The notes under the pieces were generated by a model. The model worked only from the letters and a program-made list of their open reading frames with translations. It searched no databases and was not told the DNA's origin. Shown here piece after piece: positions 53,548 to 64,000 of a DNA stretch of 64,000 bases; the first letter of the stretch is position 1, and every line of letters starts with the position of its first letter. The DNA is taken from assembly GCA_012295275.1 (NCBI GenBank), contig CM022672.1:28520001-28584000 (forward strand), read 5' to 3'. The position numbers and the translations under genes were made by a program. The DNA is from Chrysomallon squamiferum (Eukaryota; Animalia; Mollusca).

Positions 53548-54837
53548 TAACAATCATGTGATAATTGTTTTCTGTCAGTAAGCTTAGAATGAAATACAAA
53601 ACAGTAAGATATATAATATTTAAATATTATTAAAAGAAATCCTTGTTAATTACACTAGAAACTGAAAAAACAAAGGTTAAAATTGAAAGCAAGAACTTTT
53701 CTAATTGTGATAACATGTATTATGAAAAATGGTAATATTGGTTTGTTTAAAAGACATTTAAAAAAAAAAAAATTCAGTTTCCATTGGAAGAAACCAACCT
53801 TTGAAGCCAGAAAAACCAAAATGGAAGAGTGATGTTCCTTTAACAGAAGGTCAGCTTCGCAGCAAAAGAGATGAATTTTGGGACACTGCTCCTGCATTTG
53901 AAGGTCGCAAAGAGATCTGGGATGCATTAAAAGCAGCTGCATATGCATTGGAAACTGGTGACCATGCTTTAGCTCAAGCCATTGTGGATGGGGCCAATAT
54001 TTCACTACCACATGGTAAGATAATGTGTTTTTATCATTTATATTTTATTTTTAAATTGTTTTGTTTTTGAATTACAGATGCTTTTTCATTTATTAAAATT
54101 AAAATTACCAAAAACTAACATTAATATTTAGACTTTTTCAGCACTAATGTTATAGTTTTTTTTATTTGAACATGTGGACCATAAATTCATGATTAATGTT
54201 ACTTAAAATTATAAAAAATTAAATGTAATTGGTAGTTATCATGAAAAAATACTGTTTTCTTCTAGAACCACATGTTTTATTCTCCTTTTCAGACAGACAA
54301 AGAACAATTTTAAAGTATTTTTAAAAACATTAAAATGAAAATAAAAATTTGATGAATTTGCTGCATCTATCAGACTATATATAATTCTATAAACATTAAC
54401 TTCATTGGAATGGTTTCAAAATAACAAATATTTATTCACTGACAGGCACACTTATGGACTGCTATGATGAACTGGGAAACCGTTATCAGTTGCCAGTGTA
54501 TGTTCTTAGTTCTCCAACAAACTTGATAGAGGAGGCAAGTGAAAGTGACACAGGACAAGACACAGATGCCAATTCTTCACCAGGTGTGGAAATCCCAATA
54601 AAATTCCGACTGTCAACTGTGAACAAAGATATCAGGTTGCCTGTGCGGACAACAGACACAGTGTTAAAAGTAAAGAAGAGAATTTTTGAGGAGACAGGAG
54701 TGGATGTAGCAAGTCAGCGATGGTTTTATTCTGGCAAACTTCTTAATGATAAACTGCATATTGAGGATATAAAAATACTGAAAGGCTATGTAATTCAGGT
54801 GATTGTGACTGAATCAAAAGAAGAAGTCAAGAAATGA
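52352..54837 (+). CDS. UBTD2: Ubiquitin domain-containing protein UBTD1/UBTD2 (DC-UbP) homolog, 231 aa
   Basis: Exons 52352-52418, 53778-54014 and 54446-54837 total 696 nt. MGGCIG N-terminus; [52 protein letters not shown]; [30 protein letters not shown]; C-terminal Ubl domain with [13 protein letters not shown]...GYVIQVIV. Probably a single pro-ortholog of vertebrate UBTD1 and UBTD2. Confidence 0.95.
53507..53543. repeat. (TG)n microsatellite in UBTD intron 1
   Basis: Seen directly. Confidence 0.95.
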
Positions 54838-57370
54838 GAGTATTTATTGTGATGAGGATCTGAAATTGACAACTGACCAATTGTTGAATAACAATATTTT
54901 TTAATGACGGTCTGTGATGTATTTTTCTTGCTGAAATTTTCTCTTATAATATTTTTAATAATAACATTTGTTAATAAGATGAGAAAATAATCAACACGAT
55001 TTTGTTAAGAAAATTGCAGTTTGTAATTCTCTTGCATGTAATAACTTAATGCATTTATGTAAGCATACAGTAACAGCAGTTGTTTAATATTTTCAGCAGC
55101 AGTTTACGAAAACAAAATAATCATGTTTATTATGATTTATAATTACCTGCTTAATCTTTAATGATGTCATGGGATTTTTGACAGTATGAACAGATAGGCT
55201 ACATAAATTTTGCACGCTGTCATTTATGTCCAAAACTTTAATAATAATAAAGTATTTCATTTACTACATGTAACTCTGTATTTGGCCTAATATTTATTAT
55301 TCAAGTAGAAAAATTTAAATTTATGTTAACAGCTGGTTCATTCTTTTATTTATAGCAAATTTGTTTTAAGATTGGTGGTAGATTTCAAAGACTACAGAAT
55401 TACAATGACCAAATTGAAAATGTTTGCATTTTGATTTTCTTTTTGTATGTAAGAGGGTGTGTACTTTTTGAATTAGAATAACAGATGATGGTTTTTATCA
55501 TTCCAGAAACTCCAGTACACTTGTTTATTGTGAAGTTTATGCTTATAAAAACCATGTAACATTTTTAAAGTATTTTTGCAGATGTTATATACGAACATAA
55601 ATCATTTACTTATCTGTATATCCCTATTAGGTAATTTAAAATAAATATGCAAGACATAAATATACTGAATTATGAAATACCTAGATATTGGTCTGGTGGT
55701 ATACTGACTGTCATTTGTTCCATATTTGTACTGTAATTTGACTAAATTAAACAACTACAGTTCATATCATGAAGTAGGTAATGTTCTGTAACAGGAGGAT
55801 TCAGTGGTCTGCTAACAATGTCACTTTGGATTTAATTTGTAACCATTCATTTTGGATATTTTTGTAATAAATGGAACATTTATTTCACAGCAGTGACAAC
55901 CTATTTAGTCTTGTGCAAAATCTAAAATATTGGTAAAATCATCTTATTTCTGATATTCATTAACTAAGATTACTGAAAATAATGTGCATTTCATGACAGT
56001 GCATATACAATTTAGGTAAGACAGTAACATTTATTATATGATCAATTCTTCATTAATGAACTTATACACACATGAATTCCTGTTTGGGATATGATTTCTA
56101 TCTGAATGGTGTCAATATATTTTATCTAGAGTTCAATTTTGGAATGTTTAATTAAAAGACAATAAAATTTAAACTTACCTTTTACATTGATCTTATTAGA
56201 AATCATTATTTATTTAGATGCCTCCAAGATTAAAAGCATAAAAAATTAGGTTGCCTTATGGAAATATCAAAAGTGACACTGTATTGTTATTATTATTTTT
56301 AATATATATCTATCTATATATACTTATATATATATATAGATATATACCTAAAGGAAATAATCCTAAATAAGTACTGTTTAAAACCCCAACTGAAATAGTT
56401 TAATTAAATGTATTTTATTTTCATAGATCAAGAAAAACATGACTTGTCACCTTTTTATATATGTGTGTGTGTGTGTGTATTTTTTCCATACTTCAGTGTT
56501 TACCTGTTTATTGTCATCTTATTTGTCACTGTATCATTGTTTTATTTGACAATAATCATTTCAGTCAAAACTAATAAACTTATTTTGGTTTTCTTCTTGT
56601 ATCACAATAAGCTTTACTGAAATCTTTAGATATTAAAAATGTTAGTCTTTAGATTAAATTTAATGCCACCTTGCTTTGTATCAGAAAGTTTAACATGTAA
56701 ATGTTAATTATCAACCGGAGATAACACCAAGGACAACAATGCCTACTTTGAAAAGATCTGATAATATCTGAACAGTTGAAATCGTTTCATATTTTTGTCA
56801 TGTTTTCAATATTTACAAAATTTAAATCTTGTGACATGGACAGCAATATATTCATATTTCTATGAGTATAAAGGTGAAAATATTTCAGCTGTTTTGTTTA
56901 AATTAAACTAATATGAACTTACAATAATATGTTGATGTCATGTAAGACTTCTCACACAATGAATTTAAAGCTATTTTGTTGTCGAACATATCAAAGAGGC
57001 AAAAAACAAACTGGTATGTGTCAGGATTTTAATACTGAAAGCATGTTAGTTATTAATTTTAACAGTTACAACCATTTCTTATTGGTAACCTTCTTCATAT
57101 TTGTTTTTCATTTGGGTAGTTTGTGTACTTTGTGATAGCTAAAAATTTGAAAATCATGATACCAAAATTTAAAAAGTATTTTTCTGTGTTATAAAAGATG
57201 TATTACGAAACGTAGATTTTTTTCTTCTAAAATACATTTTGATGTGTTCAAGAATATTTAGTTAAATATTTAGAATTTTAATGGGTTTTTTTATGGACAG
57301 TTATTTAAATATGTTTATGTAAATGGCTGTTTTATGTATTGTGATATAGTTTTATATATTTATGTATGTA

Positions 57371-57378
<8 letters not shown>

Positions 57379-57415
<37 letters not shown>
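57379..57415. repeat. (TA)n microsatellite between the 3' ends of UBTD and WDR91
   Basis: Seen directly. Confidence 0.95.
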
Positions 57416-57417
<2 letters not shown>

Positions 57418-58930
57418 ATGTAAATTCTAATAATGTGTACAGGACAGTGTTTTTGTTGGGTTTTTCTTGTATAATCATAAACTCTAGAATAATTTGTAAG
57501 GGATAATATTTTGTTAAATAACATTTTGATAAAATAGTGAATTAAGAAACCCATTTAATCTGGTGTAGAGATAAAAACTGATTTGTGGATGCATTCTTTA
57601 TGAAAAAAATTAACAACTTGCAGTAGCAGTGTCAAGTAAATGTGCTGCCAAGGACTTGCAAATTGTGGTTAGTTTATTGTTTTATACATTGAAATGGAAA
57701 AGATAGGAACCTGTTGCAGGCAACAGGTCAATTAACAGGTATTTTTCTGCACCCATTGTGATAATGTTATTTTTATGCTTTCTTTATATCATTTACAAGT
57801 ATCTGTATTGGAGACCAACTATAAACTGATTCGGTATAGGCAGAATAATTGTAAAACAAGTGTTGAAAGCAAGTGGAAATCCATACAAATAATTAAAAGA
57901 CTGTTTTAGGTGTCAAATGTTTTAAAATTTAAGCAATGGATTATGTTCAAATTCTTTAAAAACTCTTCACATGCAAGCTTGTTGAACACCCTGAGAACAG
58001 TCACCTGCACATCAATGATTACTATACGACACAAGATTAATGTTCAATATTTTATTGTGTTAATGCATTTGTTGCAAAACACAATTTCTTTCAATAGAGC
58101 AAGCTTTAACTGATTTTCTGAATGACCAAATCTTTGAAGTTCACCTGCATTGGTGCCTGTGGTTTTCTTTTATAATATTTAAATGTTTCAGATAGGTGTA
58201 TTTATGAATTACTCTTCTACAGTATTGGCTGTGAGTCACCTTTTGCCAATAGCAGACTTCAGAATGAAGTTTCCTTATTTCAGTTTGATATTAGTAAATA
58301 TTTAAAAGTGTTTTATAATCATGTTTAAGACTTTAAAAAAAATGTTCATCTAAAATATAACAAAGCCAAAACAGTTTAATCAGGTGTCATCCACATTTTT
58401 TTTATTAATTAGAAACAAACTTTAAAATTTAATATTTTGAATCATTTACATAAATTATATTAGTTACTTAAATCAGATGTTTAGAAAATAATCAAACTAC
58501 TTTTATTTTTACTTTATTACAGAAAATGCATGTGAAATACAAAAGACTGTATATACTTTAATTGGAACATTTGAATTTAACATGAATGTAATTAATAGTG
58601 ACAGCACTATATACAGATATACTTATCTATTGGTCTGTTTTGAAACAAATTTTGGATGATTACAAATGTTAAAAAAGAATTTTAGAGAATTACAAACATT
58701 TTACACTGTAATTTGAAACAGTTCTTGTATCTTTCTTCTTTTTTTTATCCTCTTGTGTTCAGTGTAAATAGTGATATTATACAGATATGATTGTTATGAC
58801 TGTTATACAACAGAAAACATAAAATAATTCTTCATTTTGTATTTATACGTGTGTTGTTTGTTCTGATTGATAACATAAATATATTTTACACACTCTTGAC
58901 ACCCCAGAGAAAAATAATAATATTTTTCAC

Positions 58931-61900
58931 TTATTGTGACAACAGTGTGGATACTTTTATTTTTCCATCCATGGCACCCATGAGACATACTCTAGTGTCC
59001 AGTGTTGGTGACCAGTCTACTGTTGTAATGTAACTTTTGGATCCTTTCACTTCCATAGTTTTTGCAATACCTGGATCTGATTCTTTTAACTATAAAATAA
59101 CAAAAAGTTTTAAATAAATGAACATGCAATAATTTATTATCATAAATATTCAAAATAATAATAAAATGGCTTTTATTTTAGACAAGGAATGTTTGGATAA
59201 AGCTCAACAGTTGTGTAGAAAAGTGTTGAAAAATAAAAAATACAAAGCAGTCTTTATGCCCTGAGTGTTGGAATGGAAAATACAAAAACAAAATGCAGTA
59301 TTCTCTAAAAGTAATGAAACTGAAATTCCCACCATTTCGTCTTCATTATGAAGTTATTTGATTTTCTTCAGTAAAGAAAATTTGATAAATATTTTTTAAA
59401 TAAATAAAAAATACCTGATAAATAATGCCAGAGTTTTTATCGCAGGTCAAAACATACTGCCCCTCTGAGTCGAAAGCAAACAGTTTTCCTCGTGGAATTT
59501 CCTTGTTGCCTGTCGGACTTGTGGCCAGGAATGGTAATACTGCTCCATGGTGCATCAGTAAATCTCGAATTCTGACACCAGTGTTGTTCATGTTCCACTG
59601 TACAAACTGAACAACAACATCTTGTTCTATTTTCATTTACATAACATCTAAGCTATCTTTGTGAATTTAATTCCTGACTTAAAATAACAGATATGCTGTT
59701 CATTATTAGTGTTGTTTCAAAATCATTTACTTTGTTTATACTCTCTCAGGCTTTTTTTTTTTTTTTATCTTTCACACACTCAAACAGTCAAACACTATAT
59801 TTGACATATTTTGCAACTTACTTTTCCATCACTTCCCATGCTGTAACATGTGGTTTCATCTGAACTGAATTGTACAGAATGCACTTCACCATCATGGGCT
59901 TGCCATTCATTGATACATTTATGTTGTTGTATATCTAAGAAGAAAAAAAATTGGTTACCGCGTATGTAATTTCTCGTAAAAGTTTAGCACTTTTTATATA
60001 TTTAAAACTCTCTCCATTATCAATTTCACTAGAACAAATACAGTGATTTCAGTTTTCAAAAAATTGCTTATTAATATAATCACATTCACACACAATGTAA
60101 ATAAATTATTAAGAAAAACTGTCTGTTTTATATTCATACCAAACAGTCTAATTTTTCCATCTGCAGCACCAGTAATCAGCAGCTGACCATTGTGGTTGTA
60201 CACACAGCAGTTCACAGCAACAGGACCAGGGTCCAATGGTAAAATTTTCTACAATCCAAAATCAGTTTACTGCACAAACATTAATTAATTTTAGAATATT
60301 ATGACATTTTGGTAAAAAGCAATAATTATGTCAGTCTTAAACATAGATGCAAACTGGTGGAAAAAGTCAGTGAAGACTAGTACAGGTACTGAACCATGTA
60401 ACTGGCAAACTTGGTACTGGAGATACTCCAGATTTCTGGATATAGGCTAAATCTTTATTTAAAAAAAAAGAAAAAAAGTATTTAATAGATACTCTTAAAG
60501 CAGGGTCTGTTTGATCTTCATTAATCCATCAAAATTCTTAAAATACCTTTACAGAATATCATCTATTATAAATCAGATGAAAATTAAATGAAGAAAAGAA
60601 AGAACACAATTTTATTTAACAAATTTAGTCAGTTAAATAAAAGTTATTTTTTTATATACTGGATTTCTGAACTTATAGCAAAACAGATTCCAGCATTCTC
60701 TTCGTAAAAATTAACAGGAACACTGATTTAAAAAATTTCATCATTATAAATATTTCATTTTATATGTTATTTTTTTACAAAATGTCTCTACATGGAAAAC
60801 CTACATCAAGTTTCATACTGCGCAGGTCCCATAACATGAGTTTGCCTGGTTTTGCTAGAGATGACTGTTCAGAACTTCCAGATGAAGTGTGAATTCGCTG
60901 AACTGTCGCTGAACAGACAAAACTCATTCCAACAGGATTTGCTGTTATATTGATAATTCTGTAACAAGTGAACAAAAATATAATAATAATTACAAAATAA
61001 AGTTTATTAAGAGATAACAAACCTCTTGTATCCCGTAATTCAAGGTATAAACCTGATTCGGAAAAATAACAAGTAACATTTTGATGATGCTAGTTATTCA
61101 TATTTCAACAACTACAAATATAATTTGTTGCAAATCAGATTATGTTAACAACAAAAGTGTAATAGAATTTGCCTTAAAAATGGGAAAATGAATGAGCTAT
61201 TTTATACTTTGTCAAATTTAATTTAATGGTATTTGTTAGTGGCAATACAGTTCACTAAATAAACCTTGGATAACTCTGATCAGCTACAACTTCTCGAAAT
61301 GTCTTGATTTCCTTCACATCAAACAATCTGATGTTTCCAGTTCTGTTACCCAAAAGTAACTGCAAACAAAAATTATATACAATTATGTTATTTTCCTCTG
61401 TATAATATATTATGTTACATAATTCTACTGAAATTATATCTTTTATGGCTGCTATTTAGTCTTTTTCTTTTTATAACAAAATGTAATAATTTTTGTTTAA
61501 TTTGTATCTCTCAGGTGATATCAGTATTAAATAAATTTGCTTCCTTGTTCCAGCAATACTAACAAAGGTAGCTGGCTTTCTATTCATAGTTCTGTTTTCA
61601 GAAATTGTGAAACAAAGACCTGCAATCCACACTATTAAAGCTGTTATTTCATCCCATTTTTTTTTTGCATAGATTATAATATTCTGCTACTATAATATTT
61701 CCAAAGATATCTTGGCAAAGATGTTGTTTATACAACAAATCAGTAACATTCTAATATAGCTGTTCAGTCTGTCCTGAAGAAAAGTAAAGAAATTATTTGG
61801 TTATATTTTATATAGGATTCTAAACAATACCCATCTATCTGATTTGCTGGCCCAATCCAGAGAGAGAAAAGCAGATTTAGACATCACAGTTGCTATGGTA

Positions 61901-63876
61901 GCAGGCTGAGGACTCCATGACCAAACCCTGAAAACAAAAGATTTCATGGTAACTTCTGAATTTTCATTTTTATGTGTATGCAAACATCTAACAGAAATAA
62001 TATTTATGATTGTTTTATACACTGATTAGAAGGCTGTTACTAAGATACAGTAAAAAAAAATTCAGTATACAAGAGATGCACTTTATGATAATTAATGTTT
62101 AGTACTCACTTAACAATACCGTCAACATCCAGACTAGAAATATACTGGCCTGACATACTGAATTTACAATAAGATATGGCAGAATGATGTTCTCCATATT
62201 CTTCCTGTTAACCAAAAAAAATATATAATAAAATTAAAAATTAAAAAATTAAAAATAATAATAAATGCTAATAAAGTGAAAGATATGTAAAATATATACA
62301 ACAGTGTATTATAATAATTCACTCAACTCTGACACTAGTTCATTGTAGATTCTAATTAAAAACATTTCTGATAGATCATGCTAATTTGCACTAACATCTG
62401 AAGCAGAATAAAAATGACCATTATTACAAACTAGAAAAATGGCTACCCAAGTTAATCATTTTCAATTTGTTTACAGATAACATCACTAATGTTGTTCCTG
62501 GGAGATCTGTGAACAAAAAAGATATCAATCATGGAAAAAACTGATTATTCATTATCTCTTGCTCCACTGATCAATAACTGCTATGTGTGTAATTGTAAAA
62601 TATATGTTTCTGTACCCCCTACTTGAAACCACTCTAGCAAATTGGTGAAACCACAATTTGAGAGTACTACCATCTGAATATTCTTGGCTTCTTTTGATAA
62701 TCAGCTCCATACATTTTCATATTTATCTGATCAGTGATTATTCCTTGGCTACTAGTAATTCATACTTTGGAATTTAAAAACTAATAAATGCATGGATTTA
62801 GACATCGTAAATTTGTCTTTATTTAAACATTTTAAAATAAGAAGGCAAAATTAAATCTGTTTCATCTTTGTATCAATTATTATTTTTATTTTTTAATTAA
62901 ACTCACTTGACTAAGAAGCAGAAATGGACAGTTTCCATCTGTAAAAAAAAGAAAAGAAAAGAAAAAAATGTAATGTTTTGACTGAGTAATCCATAGATAT
63001 TTACCAACTTTGTAAACAACACTCACAATTTCCTGCAAGAAAATTGCTGTTTGTATATAGGAGTAAATGCATGTATTTGATGTGAGAATTTCCTCAATAT
63101 TATTTCTAACCAGAATACAGGTTACTCTCAAGTCAAAGGCATTGATTTTATGTTTTACTAACCTGGAATATTGTTCACCCTTGCAACAAATGGTGTTGAT
63201 GATAATTCTGCAGCTTCTGTTTTTACTTTGTGAGATTCAAACATGGTCATCTTTGTAGGACTAGAGTTATCAAATTTTTGTTTATCAGATGTTGTTGTTG
63301 AGGTAACGGAATGAACAACAGGTGTTGGTTTCAACAGTAGTTGACAATTTATAGATGTATCTTTCACTGAAAGTTCACATTCCTGGCGACCAGTCTAAAT
63401 GAAAATAATCACAAAACGTGTAATTTCTTCAAAATGCTCAGATATTTTCAGTTCTATTTTTCAATTTAATAATCACAAATAAAGAAAGATCAATTTTCAT
63501 TACTACTGAAATTTAATCAGGTTAAAATTAACAAAACAGAAACCTTACTTTATCTGAAAAACGTTTTGCATCACCAAGCAACTCTCTCCTTTGTTTTTCA
63601 ATCTCCACTGCAGTCAGCCGCTGTTTCTGACCAGACTTTGTGTCCTCACTTGACACAGGGATGGATGATGCAGATTTTGAAGCTGGTACTGGCCCTTGTT
63701 TAGTTTTTTGAGTCTGAGACTTAGAAATTGCTGGTGCTTGATAAACTGTCTGTGCTACCTTATGTTTAGTAATTTTCTGTTCTGGTTTGTTGGGTTTCTT
63801 CTTGCTGGTTAGTGGGGATGATAAACTGAGAGGAAATCTTCTCGACTTTGGCTGTTTGTCCAACACAGTGTTTTCT
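58931..63876 (-). CDS. WDR91: WD repeat-containing protein 91, 3' part; the 5' end lies beyond the right window edge
   Basis: Phase-consistent exons 63876-63549, 63394-63163, 62938-62907, 62204-62110, 61927-61831, 61359-61265, 60958-60805, 60248-60140, 59934-59822, 59606-59415 and 59089-58931. Motifs [17 protein letters not shown]...[85 protein letters not shown] and VDWS...[13 protein letters not shown] match the WDR91 C-terminal WD40 region. Confidence 0.93.
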
Positions 63877-64000
63877 CTACAGCAGCATGATTATACAGAG
63901 TAAAAAAAAAAGGGTCTATTTAATAAAACTGACACATTCAATTCATTCATAAAAATAATTAATTTAATGTGTTTAACTGAAACCAAAAAATGTTGAGTTT

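Noticed and set aside
28-63258. The many 60-110 aa ORFs in the supplied track that are rich in F/I/L/Y/C or contain CVCV, YIYI or HTHT runs
   Set aside because: They are chance ORFs in AT-rich introns, microsatellite translations or antisense shadows of real exons. Many use non-ATG starts and none shows a recognisable domain.
1-64000. tRNA, rRNA, snoRNA, miRNA, CRISPR arrays, U12-type introns and prokaryotic systems
   Set aside because: None recognised by eye, and all modelled introns are GT-AG without U12 donor consensus. Small ncRNAs cannot be excluded without an Infernal/Rfam or tRNAscan search.

Overview
AT-rich, intron-dense eukaryotic genomic DNA from an invertebrate bilaterian, probably a mollusc (inferred from the gene set, spliceosomal GT-AG introns, CpG depletion and repeat types). 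Most of the supplied ORF track is spurious, so I rebuilt the genes exon by exon by hand. Six protein-coding genes: an equilibrative nucleoside transporter (SLC29/ENT, minus, runs off the left edge); an ankyrin-repeat SOCS-box (ASB) gene (plus); neuralized (minus, two NHR domains plus RING, with two candidate alternative first exons); MMS19 (minus, 25 coding exons, apparent frameshift in exon 4); UBTD1/2 (plus, head-to-head with MMS19 across 311 bp); and WDR91 (minus, runs off the right edge). Mobile DNA: a 2784-bp Sola2-type element with ~600-bp TIRs and a TTAA TSD, nested in an older inverted-repeat element in MMS19 intron 11; a piggyBac transposase relic in neuralized intron 4; and a pogo/Tigger relic upstream of the ASB coding region. 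The most notable observations are the neur-MMS19-UBTD block, which appears to mirror human 10q24/5q35 gene order, three clustered Met-Gly-initiated ubiquitin-system proteins, dual first exons of neur, and a reconstructable template-switch history of the Sola element. I found no wholly new gene family. No database searches were run, so family calls rest on recalled motifs.
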